A stretch of DNA of 34,772 nucleotides from an uncultured Desulfurococcaceae archaeon (GCA_964486465.1 CAZAMI010000002.1:1-34772), one strand, 5' to 3'; positions 17,652-27,472 are shown, numbered from the stretch's first letter. Translations and numbers: made by a program. The notes: a model not told the origin generated them from the letters alone.

Positions 17652-18336
17652 GTTAGGTAGGGTTATATACGTAGGTGCTGAGGCTGCACTTATTCTAGGG
17701 GAGTTCCTAGGTATTAGAGCGATATATAAAATACGTTTACCTAAACCTTATAGAGATCCAAACCTGGACTTACTGGTTAGAAGCTCTAGAACTAAAACGG
17801 AAGCAAAGATTATGTTGTTTGTTAGGAGCTTAGGTGTTAATGTACCAACAATATTACTTGTTGATTTAGACTTAGCCCTCATAGTAATGGAGTACATTGA
17901 GGGCCTGTTGCTTAGAGACTTACTAAGTAATCTCAGTCCAAATCTTACGTGTAAGCTTATTCGTAATGTGGGTAGTCAAGTAGCTAAAATGCACAAAGCA
18001 GGAGTTGTCCATGGTGACTTAACGACGTCAAACATGATTTACAGTAATGGGAGGATTTACATAGTAGATTTTGGCTTAGCTAAGATGAGTAAATCACTTG
18101 AGGATAGAGGTGTAGATGTACATTTATTTCTTAGATCACTTGAGAGCGTTCATTTTAACCTAAAGGACTTATTATTTAATTGCTTCATTGAGGGCTACGA
18201 GAATGTTCTAGGAAGTAAGGCTAAGGAAGAGATTTTAGCTAAGATTCATGAGATAAGATTAAGAGGTAGATACGTTGAGGAGAGGAGATTGAAAAAGAGG
18301 AACTACCATAGTTTGGTGGGAAGTTGCGAAGATTAA
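17599..18336 (+). CDS. bud32: Bud32 (PRPK) atypical kinase/ATPase, KEOPS subunit
   Basis: GAEA glycine-loop equivalent, IMEYIEG hinge, catalytic [13 protein letters not shown], and IVDFGLA (DFG). Overlaps the kae1 3' end. The real start may be TTG 17620. Confidence 0.85.
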   Translation: MSGRGGDLIKSIYPGLDRLGRVIYVGAEAALILGEFLGIRAIYKIRLPKPYRDPNLDLLVRSSRTKTEAKIMLFVRSLGVNVPTILLVDLDLALIVMEYIEGLLLRDLLSNLSPNLTCKLIRNVGSQVAKMHKAGVVHGDLTTSNMIYSNGRIYIVDFGLAKMSKSLEDRGVDVHLFLRSLESVHFNLKDLLFNCFIEGYENVLGSKAKEEILAKIHEIRLRGRYVEERRLKKRNYHSLVGSCED

Positions 18337-18887
18337 ATGTATTAACAACTAATGAGGGTAAAATTAAGGAATTTATTGAATTAGGTAAGAGGTACGGTGT
18401 TGAGGTTAATGTTATTAAGCAGTATAAGGTCGAAATACAGAGTAGTAGGCTTGAGGACATAGCGCTAACAGCCGCTATACTTGCCTCAATACAACTTAAA
18501 GATCATGTAGTTGTCGAGGATGCAGGATTGTTCATCAACTCGTTAAGCGGATTTCCAGGTGTATATAGTAATTACGTGTTTAAGACAATAGGTATTAAGG
18601 GGATTCTTAAGCTACTTGAGGGTGTTAAGGATAGGTCCGCATATTTTAAATCAGTGTTAGCATTTGCTGATATGAGTAAAGGTGTAGTTAAAATATTTAC
18701 AGGTGTAACTGAAGGCTTCATAGCTTATGAGCCTAAAGGTACTTTAGGATTCGGTTTTGATCCTATATTCATCCCCAAAGGCTATAGCAAGACATTTGCT
18801 GAAATGAGTATTGAGGAGAAGAATATGGTGTCCCATAGAGCTAAAGCATTTAGAAAACTAATTGAATGGCTTGAAACAAATTTTTAA
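18324..18887 (+). CDS. non-canonical purine NTP pyrophosphatase (Ham1/RdgB/ITPase family)
   Basis: Family motifs TTNEGKIKEF, EDAGLFI..L.GFPGVYS, FGFDPIF and SHRAKA. Confidence 0.9.
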   Translation: MRRLNVLTTNEGKIKEFIELGKRYGVEVNVIKQYKVEIQSSRLEDIALTAAILASIQLKDHVVVEDAGLFINSLSGFPGVYSNYVFKTIGIKGILKLLEGVKDRSAYFKSVLAFADMSKGVVKIFTGVTEGFIAYEPKGTLGFGFDPIFIPKGYSKTFAEMSIEEKNMVSHRAKAFRKLIEWLETNF

Positions 18888-18923
18888 GAGTTAAACACTA
18901 AATTCCTACAACGGAGTGGGAGT

Positions 18924-19409
18924 ATGAATAGAGGTAAGGAAAAGGGTCAATCGCACTCAACGAGACCCCCCGTTAGTGTAGCACCTAAATGGATACAGTA
19001 CACTCCTGAAGAAATTGAAATGTTAATTGTTGAGTTAGCTAAGAAAGGATATCCCCCATCAATGATAGGTATAATTCTAAGAGATCAGTACGGCATACCT
19101 CTAATTAAGTCAGTATTAGGGATGAAGTTACATAAGGTCTTAGAAAAGTACGGTATTGAGCCTGTCATACCCGAAGATTTATATAATTTAATCAGTAGAG
19201 CAGTTAACTTAAGGAGACACCTAGAGGAACATCCCAAGGACACCCACAGTAAGAGAGGACTTATAGAGATTGAGTCCAAGATACATAGGCTAGTCAAGTA
19301 CTACAAGAGAGTTGGAAAGTTACCACCTGATTGGAAATATGATCCTGAGAGAGCTAAAATACTTGTCTCACAACCATTACTTAAGATACCTAAGTCGCTA
19401 TTATCATGA
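18924..19409 (+). CDS. rps15: 30S ribosomal protein S15 (uS15, S13e-type)
   Basis: [39 protein letters not shown] and [30 protein letters not shown] are hallmark S15P/S13e segments. Confidence 0.9.
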   Translation: MNRGKEKGQSHSTRPPVSVAPKWIQYTPEEIEMLIVELAKKGYPPSMIGIILRDQYGIPLIKSVLGMKLHKVLEKYGIEPVIPEDLYNLISRAVNLRRHLEEHPKDTHSKRGLIEIESKIHRLVKYYKRVGKLPPDWKYDPERAKILVSQPLLKIPKSLLS

Positions 19410-19431
19410 ATGCTACTCAATTCGTAACTAC

Positions 19432-20461
19432 TCAATTTACGTAATCACTTCTCTTGTTCTTCTCAACCTTAAGATCGTTATTAATCAAGCTACTAATGAT
19501 TTTACTCTTACGCATTACCAACGTATTGTACCCGCTTGAAGTACTGACATTGAATGTTTTAAGATCGTCTGATGGTATTAGTATGACTAACGCCCTAATC
19601 ACATCATGCACACCATGCAAGACTTCCTTAGCTAACTTTAAAGCATAGTTATATGCGTCGATAAGCATTATTGACGATGGAGCCTCAATCCGTATTTCAG
19701 CTTCGTAGAAACTTCCTAGTGAGGTTAGCATTACCCTCTTAACATTAAATCCACTTCTCAACTGAACTAGCTTAACTATTCTTCTCTTAAGCTCTATAGG
19801 CTCATGAGTTCCTATAAGCCTAATGACATCCTCCTTAATTAGCTCAAGGTAATCTTTAAGTACGTATATTGACGTTAAAATTATCCCTGATACCTCTATA
19901 AGAGGTATACTTGAGACATCAGCTATAACCACTGAAACACCTAATGCAGTATCCACTATAGCATCCAATAATTGTTTTAGCTAAGATGCTTGTTATAGCT
20001 AAACCAGCCTTAGGTAACCTCATAAACTTAACGCAGTATCTCCAAATAATCAAGGAGACTAAAGCGCCACTAAATACATATAATGTACTGATGATATCTG
20101 AGGTATGGACTACACTTAAGTATGATAATGAGTTTGCTTTACTCACAATCAAATATAACGTTATCAGTGTAGCAAAGAGCGCTATAAACGGTGATACTAA
20201 TGACTCACCACGTAATAATTCATACCTAGCACCGTATAGTGTCTTAGAGGTTACCACGTAAAGTGTTAATAACATGCCGGTAAATAATAATGCCTCTAGA
20301 ACCCATAGGAATGAGTCTATTAAGATGACATCATAAGGCATTAAGGTTAAGAACAGGGCAATACCAAACATTGAGGATAGGAAATAAGCTATAATTATTC
20401 TCTTAAGTAAAGTTAGCGTCTTACGCATTCTCACTATCTTCCTAATAGCGATTTTCCTCAT
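19432..20461 (-). pseudogene. cation-diffusion-facilitator (CDF)-like transporter, reading frame disrupted (or sequence error)
   Basis: ORF 19919..20461 carries about 4 TM helices plus a YGARYELLRGESL loop. ORF 19432..19968 continues with a DAIVD (DxxxD) TM5-like helix, one more TM helix and a CDF-type cytoplasmic alpha/beta domain. The two overlap by 50 nt in frames offset by 1 nt. The junction is near 19966-19983, next to an A4 run. Confidence 0.45.
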
Positions 20462-20690
20462 TTCTTATCACCTCAGATGATGTTAACTACGTAGTTAGTG
20501 TGACCTAATACTGAATGAAAATCCTTTAGTTAATCTTATATAGTTAATAACGTTCCAGATAATGATGTTACTTAAGAGGTTTATAAGCGGTTCTTCTTAG
20601 GTAATACATTACAACCAAGTAATAAGGTTAAGATAGAAATTAGTTAAGCATTTCTTAACTTCAACCCATATTTTATATGGGGTAATTTAC

Positions 20691-21815
20691 GTGTTAAATG
20701 TTAGTAATGAGAAGCCTGAGGACATTATTAGAAAGTTTCTTGAGAGTGCAAGTAAGGGTGTTAAGGTGACAATAATTAGTAGTTACGATGTTATGTCGGT
20801 AATTACAGCAGGAATTCTCGGTAGAGCCTTGGGAGCTCTTGATATAGAGTTTGAAATACTTGGTGAAGAGTCTAAGGATTTAGTTAAAAGTAATGCGTTT
20901 CTGATCAATTGCCAAGTAAGTAATTGTAATAACTGTATTATAGCGCTTGAATCAAAAAGTGAATATGTATCAAGGAGGGGTTCAGCGTATACGTTAAAAT
21001 TACCAGTTATGCCTGAATCCTTTAGAAGAATATTAGCTGAGTATGTCATAATACCTAAGGAAGCTAGGTATTTAGTACTTGCATCAATATTAAGTAAATA
21101 CACACCTAGACTTGAATTTAAGAGCTTAAGTAATAATGACCTGAAAGTATTTGATGAAGCATTAAGGGATGGAATAATCGAATCAGTACCCGGACTTAAG
21201 TTAATGGGGTGGGACATAGCACCTATCTCCAATGTGCTAAAGTACAGCATAGACGTATTAGTTGCTAAGTTTTTCATGAGTAACAAGATTCAGATGGATA
21301 AGGGGGTGAAAATAGGTCCTCATGATATAGCATCATTTATGGGTTTAAAGAGCAGTGATGAGTTACTAAGTAATAATTACATAATTAAGGATAATTGGGT
21401 AATTAAAGATCTTTATCAATTAGCTTACTCATTAATTCATGGTCTAGATGTCATGGGTATCGACCTATCAACATTGGTTATGAACATTAGTAAGATAACG
21501 TGGCTTGTCGCAGAATTCATGGAGTCATTACCTGTTGTTAGAGAACTACTTGATGTAGTACTTAGGGGTAAATTCGTTAAACACGGCAGATACCGAATTA
21601 TAGAACATGATGTCAATATGAAAAGAACCTCAATAACGGTATTGAATAAGGTTTTGAGAGGAATAAGAGCATTAAGTAGTGATGAAATCATTATAATTAA
21701 ATCAGGTAATAACATTCTTGTACCTATACAATTATTAGGTAGTAAAATCATTAGTAAGGCGTCAAGAATAGAGTATGGATACGCTATTCTTAGTGATGTT
21801 AAGGACTTACCATAA
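20691..21815 (+). CDS. RecJ/Cdc45-like DHH-fold protein with degenerate catalytic motifs (RecJdbh-like candidate)
   Basis: GTG start, 374 aa. The N-terminal VKVTIISSYDVMSVITAGILGRAL has the shape of DHH motif I (h-h-h-x-H-x-D-x-D-G-x-x-S-x-x-h-L) but lacks the metal-binding Asp/His residues. No DHH triad is seen. Coding is confident; the family call is tentative. Confidence 0.4.
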   Translation: MLNVSNEKPEDIIRKFLESASKGVKVTIISSYDVMSVITAGILGRALGALDIEFEILGEESKDLVKSNAFLINCQVSNCNNCIIALESKSEYVSRRGSAYTLKLPVMPESFRRILAEYVIIPKEARYLVLASILSKYTPRLEFKSLSNNDLKVFDEALRDGIIESVPGLKLMGWDIAPISNVLKYSIDVLVAKFFMSNKIQMDKGVKIGPHDIASFMGLKSSDELLSNNYIIKDNWVIKDLYQLAYSLIHGLDVMGIDLSTLVMNISKITWLVAEFMESLPVVRELLDVVLRGKFVKHGRYRIIEHDVNMKRTSITVLNKVLRGIRALSSDEIIIIKSGNNILVPIQLLGSKIISKASRIEYGYAILSDVKDLP

Positions 21816-21836
21816 TATGTATTCAGGGGTTGTTTA

Positions 21837-22103
21837 ATGATTAGAGCATTACTAGAAATAACCTTTAATACATCATCTAAGGACTTATGTGAGGCAATAT
21901 TATGGGCATTATTACCTGATGATAAGACGCCTCCAAGGGGATTTACTATAAACACTTACTGCAGGGAGGATATACTCATTTATGAAGCTCAGTCTAAGGA
22001 CTTACAACTATTAACATTAGCCTCAATAATAGATGAGATTAGTAGGTTATGTGAGATGGTTGAAAAAACCGTAAGATGCTTAAAGACATTAACCAGCAAG
22101 TAA
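21837..22103 (+). CDS. pcc1: Pcc1-like small KEOPS subunit (candidate)
   Basis: 88 aa with a beta-alpha pattern like Pcc1/CTAG: LEITFNTSSKDLCEAILWALLPD...INTYCREDILIYEAQSKDLQLLTLASIIDEISRL. Size and KEOPS-gene proximity fit. Called by pattern only. Confidence 0.5.
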   Translation: MIRALLEITFNTSSKDLCEAILWALLPDDKTPPRGFTINTYCREDILIYEAQSKDLQLLTLASIIDEISRLCEMVEKTVRCLKTLTSK

Positions 22104-22147
22104 TAATTCTTATAAGCCCCTACACCTATAACGTTTAGGCTCTGAGT

Positions 22148-22771
22148 ATGTCAAGGGTAACAGTTAAAGATAAGTGGAAGCTGAAGAAGTGGTTCACAGT
22201 ACTTGCACCTTCCATGTTCGGTAGTGTACCCATAGGTACGACGCCTGCTGATAGGGAATGGAAGTTACTTGGTAGAGTATTTGAGGTTACGTTATTTGAC
22301 TTAACTGGAGACTTTAGTCAACATCACATCCACTTATACTTCCAAGTATATGAGGTAAGGGATGCAACAGCCTATACTAGATTTAAAGGTCATGAACTAG
22401 CTAGGGATTACATTAAGTCAATAATTAGAAGGAAATCAAGCAAGATTCAAGCAATAGTTAATGTGAAAACGAAGGATGGATATGGATTAAGGGTTACAGG
22501 GATAGTACTTACAACATATAGGTGTAAGACAAGTCAGAAGAGGGCTATTAGAAAGATAATGATGAAAATACTAACGGAGAGAGCTGCGAACATGACTCTA
22601 GAGGAGTATGTTAAAGCAATGATATTTGGTAAACTGGCTTTAGAGATTATGGAGCAAGCTAAGAAGATCTACCCGATAAGGAAAGTTGAGATATATAAGT
22701 CAAAATTATTAACTATACCTACACCTGAAGGACCTAAACCTGCAGTAATTGTGCCGCAACCACCCAGGTAA
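22148..22771 (+). CDS. rps3ae: 30S ribosomal protein S3Ae (eS1)
   Basis: KDKWKLKKWFTVLAPSMFG...GRVFEVTLFDLTGDFSQHHIHLYFQV matches the S3Ae signature. 207 aa. Confidence 0.9.
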   Translation: MSRVTVKDKWKLKKWFTVLAPSMFGSVPIGTTPADREWKLLGRVFEVTLFDLTGDFSQHHIHLYFQVYEVRDATAYTRFKGHELARDYIKSIIRRKSSKIQAIVNVKTKDGYGLRVTGIVLTTYRCKTSQKRAIRKIMMKILTERAANMTLEEYVKAMIFGKLALEIMEQAKKIYPIRKVEIYKSKLLTIPTPEGPKPAVIVPQPPR

Positions 22772-22869
22772 GCTAGGATCACGCCCTAACCGAAATATTA
22801 CTTGCACTTAAGAACCTCATAATTATTACTGCTAACTCACAAATGCTATGTAAATAAATATTATGTAAT

Positions 22870-22889
22870 TAGGGTAGTAGTGAACCCTA
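22870..22889. repeat. inverted repeat TAGGGT-N8-ACCCTA just upstream of a TATA-like element of the sugar nucleotidyltransferase gene
   Basis: Read directly: TAGGGT 22870-22875 and ACCCTA 22884-22889. GAAAAATTATAGG follows at 22894-22906, and the ATG is at 22938. Confidence 0.4.
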
Positions 22890-22937
22890 CCTTGAAAAAT
22901 TATAGGTTGTCTGTGAGATATTCACGGAGAGTGTATA

Positions 22938-24227
22938 ATGACCTATGTAAGTGAAGCTATAATTCTAGCTGCAGGTTATGGTAAGGGTTTAGAACCCTTA
23001 ACATACACTAAGCATAAGGTTTTAATGCCGTTAATTAATGATACACTACTTAGCTATTGGGTTAAGGCATTAGTAAGTCTAGGTATAAAGCACATAGTGA
23101 TAGTTGCTAATTATTTAATGGATCAAATTGAAAATTATGTTAAGAACTTCCTAAATAGTTGCAATGCAGATATAGAAATAGTTGATGAAGGTAAACCTCT
23201 AGGTACTGCACACGCAACACTAAAGGGTTCAGAATATATTAAAGGTAATGAGTTCTTAGTGATTTATGGTGATGTTTATATTGAGCTAAGCGACTTAAGG
23301 AGCATTACCTCATTAAGTGATAGTGTCTTAGCAGTATATGAAGTTAACGATGACCCCAGGAGGTATGGCGTTGTAGTTTGTGAAGGTGGTAATGTTAAGA
23401 GGATTATTGAGAAACCTAAGGAAGTAATCTCTAGGATGGTTAATGCTGGAGTATATAAGCTAACTAGGGATTTCCTGAAGTTTATCGAAATGGTTAAGCC
23501 CAGTAGTAGGGGTGAATATGAGTTAACTGATGCTATAAATAGAGCCGTAGAGTCAGGTATTAATATTAAAGTTCATGAATTAAGGTATTGGATAGATATT
23601 GGCAGACCCTGGAAGCTACTTGAACTTAATAAGTACCTACTAAGTAAGCTTAAAGGTAAGGTGATTAAGGGGAAAGTTGAAAATGGCGTATATATAAGGG
23701 GTCCTATAGTAATTGATGAGGATAGTGAAATCCTAAGTGGTACTTACATTATTGGACCAGCATACATAGGTAAAGGTGTTATTGTAGGCCCTAATGCCTA
23801 CATTAGGCCGTATACTGTAATACTAAGTAATTCTAAGGTGGGGTTTAATGTTGAAGTTAAGGAGAGTATAATTATGGAGAATGTTCACGTATCGCATCAG
23901 GCATATGTTGGTGATTCAATAATAGGTGAAGGAAGTAATTTAGGTGCTGGCACAATACTAGCTAATTTAAGATTTGATAATAAGAATGTTAAGATGTACA
24001 TTAAGGGTGTAAGAGAAGATAGTGGTAGGAGGAAGTTAGGAGCTATCATAGGTGCTTATGTTAAGACAGGCGTTAATGTGTCTACATGCCCAGGTGTTAA
24101 AATAGGTTCATATTCGTGGATTTACCCAGGAGTTACTGTATGTGATGACGTGCCTCCATGTACGGTAGTTAAACTTAATGGTGAGAGGACTCCACTTAAG
24201 GGATGCCCATTAACTATAAGATTTTAG
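22938..24227 (+). CDS. bifunctional sugar-1-phosphate nucleotidyltransferase/acyltransferase (GlmU-like; nucleotidyltransferase plus left-handed beta-helix)
   Basis: N-terminal IILAAGYGKGLEPLTYTKHKVLMP (G-x-G-x-R/K-L-type NTP-transferase motif). The C-terminal half is made of hexapeptide repeats (IGKGVIVGPNAYI, VGDSIIGEGSNLGAGTILAN...). Confidence 0.85.
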   Translation: MTYVSEAIILAAGYGKGLEPLTYTKHKVLMPLINDTLLSYWVKALVSLGIKHIVIVANYLMDQIENYVKNFLNSCNADIEIVDEGKPLGTAHATLKGSEYIKGNEFLVIYGDVYIELSDLRSITSLSDSVLAVYEVNDDPRRYGVVVCEGGNVKRIIEKPKEVISRMVNAGVYKLTRDFLKFIEMVKPSSRGEYELTDAINRAVESGINIKVHELRYWIDIGRPWKLLELNKYLLSKLKGKVIKGKVENGVYIRGPIVIDEDSEILSGTYIIGPAYIGKGVIVGPNAYIRPYTVILSNSKVGFNVEVKESIIMENVHVSHQAYVGDSIIGEGSNLGAGTILANLRFDNKNVKMYIKGVREDSGRRKLGAIIGAYVKTGVNVSTCPGVKIGSYSWIYPGVTVCDDVPPCTVVKLNGERTPLKGCPLTIRF

Positions 24228-25453
24228 TGTCTAGCCATAGCTGATACTATCTTAACGATATCACCATCCCTTAATACGTAACTAGATCCAACTCTTCTTT
24301 CATCCCTAGCCAATATGGCATACAAAAATCCCTTACCTAGTTCTGTATGGACCATGTAGGCTAGGTCAAGCGCTGTAGTCCCCTCTCTAACCAGGTATGC
24401 ATCCGGTAATACATTACCGTCATGATCTGTTAGCTTACGTTGATCTTCTACAGGATATACAACTATCATCTTCAATACATTAAATATTGCATAGTTAAGT
24501 GCTTGCTGAACTCCAGTACCTTTAAATTTTCTCATGAAATCCCTAATTAACTCCAATGCTTGCTTTTGCTTACTAGTGAGTTTTCCCTCATCAACTATTT
24601 TAAATGAGTCATCTCCAGGTATGTACTCTATGAGTCCTGACTTACTAGCTCTCCTAAGAGCTAACTCATACAGTGAACTCACAGGTATTATCGGTACATC
24701 TCTAACCATATTCTTAACATGCCTAAGATTATCTTGAGCTTCAGATATGTCCATCTTATTAGCTACAATTACTATCGGCTTGGATACCTCCCTTAACTTA
24801 TAAGTAAAGCTTCTTAGATCATCTTCACTCCAGGTACTAGGTTTCTTACCTTCAAGATCGGATTCCTTCAAAGCTCTAATAACGTGCTCCCTCCTAATGC
24901 TAAGCCCTGAAACTCTCTTAGTTAATGCAGTAATCATTTCATCCTTAGGTAAAGTATCTAAGTATCTTGCTAACCTCTCCCAGTTCCTCCTAATTACACT
25001 AAAGAACCATTCATTTACCTCATAAATTATTGATTCAATCTCCTCAATTGGGTCATAACTCCCAGGCTTTACGGGCATACCCTCCTCATTAGTTGAACCA
25101 GCCATATCAACTACAAGTAGCAATACATCGGCCTGTCTTAAGTCGTCCATGAATTTATTACCGAGCCCTCTACCCTTATGAGCACCCTTAATTAGTCCAG
25201 CAACATCCATGAGCTTAACAGGTATGAATCTATTACCCTTAATACATAGAGAATTCCTCGGGTTACAACCCGGTAGTCCTAACTCTACATGAACACATCT
25301 CTTCCTAATATATCCTATCCCTACATTAGGTTCTATAGTTACGAAGGGCCTATTCTCTATCTTTGCAGGTAATAACGTCAGTGCGGAGAAGAATGTTGAT
25401 TTACCCACATTAGTCTTACCGATGATACCTACGAGAGGTATTGGAGGAGGCAC
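24224..25453 (-). CDS. Obg-superfamily GTPase, YchF/DRG-like with C-terminal TGS domain
   Basis: G1 GIIGKTNVGKST, PFVTIEPNVG, DVAGLIKGAHKGRGLGNKF, G4 ANKMD, and a C-terminal RDGDIVKIV TGS-like end. Confidence 0.85.
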   Translation of the reverse strand: MPPPIPLVGIIGKTNVGKSTFFSALTLLPAKIENRPFVTIEPNVGIGYIRKRCVHVELGLPGCNPRNSLCIKGNRFIPVKLMDVAGLIKGAHKGRGLGNKFMDDLRQADVLLLVVDMAGSTNEEGMPVKPGSYDPIEEIESIIYEVNEWFFSVIRRNWERLARYLDTLPKDEMITALTKRVSGLSIRREHVIRALKESDLEGKKPSTWSEDDLRSFTYKLREVSKPIVIVANKMDISEAQDNLRHVKNMVRDVPIIPVSSLYELALRRASKSGLIEYIPGDDSFKIVDEGKLTSKQKQALELIRDFMRKFKGTGVQQALNYAIFNVLKMIVVYPVEDQRKLTDHDGNVLPDAYLVREGTTALDLAYMVHTELGKGFLYAILARDERRVGSSYVLRDGDIVKIVSAMARH

Positions 25454-25568
25454 TTACTACACCTAAGCCTTAAACTTAACTCGAAATTAAAATAGTAATT
25501 GATTCAACGTCATTAAGAATTTATAACCTCTTATATAGTATTTGAAGAGGTTAGAAGGTGAGTCAGTA

Positions 25569-26240
25569 ATGGCTAAATCTATGTATCACTACATAGCAGA
25601 GCTATGGAAGAGACCCTATGATGGGATTATGGGAGAAATTATGAGGAAAAGACTGATGGAGTGGAGAAAGCAACCAGCCATAGTTAGAGTTGAGAAACCT
25701 ACGAGGCTTGATAGAGCTAGAGCTATAGGTTACGAAGCTAAACAGGGATTTGTTATTGTTAGAGTAAGAGTTAGGAAAGGTGGTAGGAGAAAACCAAGAC
25801 CTGATTCAGGTAGAAGACCTAAGAGAATGGGTGTTTATGGTTTTGCTCCTGCTAAGTCGCTACAATTAATTGCTGAGGAGAGGGCAGCACGTAAGTATCC
25901 AAACCTAGAGGTTCTAGGTAGCTATTATGTTGGTGAGGACGGTCTCTATAAATACTATGAAGTAATATTAGTCGATCCTCATCACCCAGCAATTAAGGCT
26001 GATAAGGACATTAACTGGATAACACAGCCCAGTCAAAGAAGGAGAGTGTTTAGAGGTAAAACAATGGCTGGCAGAAGAATGAGGGGACTCTTAAAGAGTA
26101 GAGGCCTAAAGGGTACACACAAGTATAAGTGGAAGAAGAAGGCTAAGGAGAGGAAGCTAAGGAAGAGACATGAAGCTTCAAGAGGTGCTAGATTAATAAT
26201 TCCTCAGGATAAAGCTGAAGAATTAGGAATTGAGAAGTAA
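25569..26240 (+). CDS. rpl15e: 50S ribosomal protein L15e
   Basis: [16 protein letters not shown]... and [20 protein letters not shown] are L15e signatures. Start placed at ATG 25569, preceded by GGTGAG, rather than the track's TTG at 25542. Confidence 0.9.
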   Translation: MAKSMYHYIAELWKRPYDGIMGEIMRKRLMEWRKQPAIVRVEKPTRLDRARAIGYEAKQGFVIVRVRVRKGGRRKPRPDSGRRPKRMGVYGFAPAKSLQLIAEERAARKYPNLEVLGSYYVGEDGLYKYYEVILVDPHHPAIKADKDINWITQPSQRRRVFRGKTMAGRRMRGLLKSRGLKGTHKYKWKKKAKERKLRKRHEASRGARLIIPQDKAEELGIEK

Positions 26241-26251
26241 ATAGGGAGGAG

Positions 26252-26719
26252 ATGAGTAGCAGAGGTAAAGTTAGAATCTTAAGAGTAGCAATCAAAGCGT
26301 TCGCCCATGCTACTGAAGACGTAAATAAAGTAAAGGATGCGGTAAAGAACATATTACCCAATGACATTAAGAATTTAATTAACAATCTAAACATAACTAA
26401 AGTTAAAGGTCATTATGGTAACGAAATAAGTATTTTAGACTTAACACTTAGCAAGAGAGACTCATATAGCTTATTCAAGAATGTTTTATGTAATCTTGAG
26501 GAAACTGAAAGAAACATCCTACTAGCTTCTCTAAGTAGTAGGTCAGATAGAAAGCACTCACACCTTTACTTGAGACTTAGTAAGCAGGACGCATATCTAG
26601 GTAGGCTGAAATTACTTGATGGTAGTGATGTCATTAAATTAATAATTACATTCTCCGGCATTAAGGATATAGATGATTTAAAATTGTTCTTAGAGGATAT
26701 AGTGAGGCAATGTAAATAA
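26252..26719 (+). CDS. DUF54/COG1325 RNA-binding protein (conserved exosome/RNase P superoperon member)
   Basis: 155 aa. VAIKAFAHATEDVNKVKDAVKNILP and GHYGNEISILDLTL have the pattern of the DUF54 family. Its position between L15e and the RNase P subunits matches the conserved archaeal arrangement. Confidence 0.6.
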   Translation: MSSRGKVRILRVAIKAFAHATEDVNKVKDAVKNILPNDIKNLINNLNITKVKGHYGNEISILDLTLSKRDSYSLFKNVLCNLEETERNILLASLSSRSDRKHSHLYLRLSKQDAYLGRLKLLDGSDVIKLIITFSGIKDIDDLKLFLEDIVRQCK

Positions 26720-27321
26720 TGAAGTATGTCGAATTCCACGTTAAGAAGTTAAATAATGAACTTGTGAAGTTATTAAGGAAGTTTAAGTACTACATTATCG
26801 TATGCGATAATGTAGAAAGACATGAGATTATGAATGATATAATGATAATACCTAGGATAACTAGCTCAAGTACTGATGAATTAAAAACTACTCCAAGAAA
26901 TGTAGTTAGGGCTTACGTGGTTGAATCCAAGAATGATTTAAAGAACTATCCAAAAATTAGGAGAATTGCAAACGTAATAACATTAACTACCGAGGCATTA
27001 ATTAGATTAGGACCTAAATCCATTGAGAAAATATCAAATTTAGGATTACCTGTTGAAGTATGCGTTAATGACCTAATTAATGCCTTAGAGACTTCTAAAC
27101 ACTTAAAAGGATTATATAACTTAATAAGGTATGTCATTATAAATTCCGTGGACTTAATAGTATCTTCATGTCCTACAAAAACATCAGAAGTATTGCATCC
27201 AATATTTATTGAATCAATACTTGAAGAATTAGGGTTAAGTAGTGTGCAAGCTAAGAAAGCATTAACTCAAACACCTATTAAAGTCCTGAGAGGTATAGGT
27301 TACAATGTATTTCTCAAATAA
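26719..27321 (+). CDS. rnp3: RNase P protein component 3 (Rpp30-like), assigned mainly by context
   Basis: 200 aa. The start codon overlaps the DUF54 stop by 1 nt. It lies directly upstream of Pop5, as in other archaea. No sharp motif is recognisable by eye. Confidence 0.5.
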   Translation: MKYVEFHVKKLNNELVKLLRKFKYYIIVCDNVERHEIMNDIMIIPRITSSSTDELKTTPRNVVRAYVVESKNDLKNYPKIRRIANVITLTTEALIRLGPKSIEKISNLGLPVEVCVNDLINALETSKHLKGLYNLIRYVIINSVDLIVSSCPTKTSEVLHPIFIESILEELGLSSVQAKKALTQTPIKVLRGIGYNVFLK

Positions 27322-27472
27322 TGAAGTACTCACGGTAATTATCTTAATTATGATATCACTGTGTATAGGGTCTATTTCACTTATACTCGTACTTAAAACT
27401 AGGAAGTTGATAGAGCTATTTAGATTAAGCCTAAAATCTAGATTATTAAGATCCTACATTAAGAGTATTGAA

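Noticed and set aside
19950-19990. Programmed +1 ribosomal frameshift in the CDF-like gene
   Set aside because: No known recoding context is evident. A 1-nt indel next to a homopolymer is the simpler explanation, whether pseudogenisation or sequencing error.
20474-20516. ATGATGT followed by CTGA in the CDF / RecJ-like divergent spacer
   Set aside because: Only about 40 nt separate the C box from the D box, and no internal D'/C' pair is present. That is too short and incomplete for a C/D sRNA.
20783-21955. Long minus-strand ORFs 20783..21286 (167 aa) and 21437..21955 (172 aa) antisense to the RecJ-like and Pcc1-like genes
   Set aside because: Their composition is Ser/Leu/Asn/Thr-rich and low-complexity, which is typical of shadow ORFs opposite AT-rich coding sequence. 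The sense-strand proteins have ordinary globular composition. The same reasoning applies to 1186..1548, 1851..2216, 12433..12741, 13980..14279 and 30484..30984.
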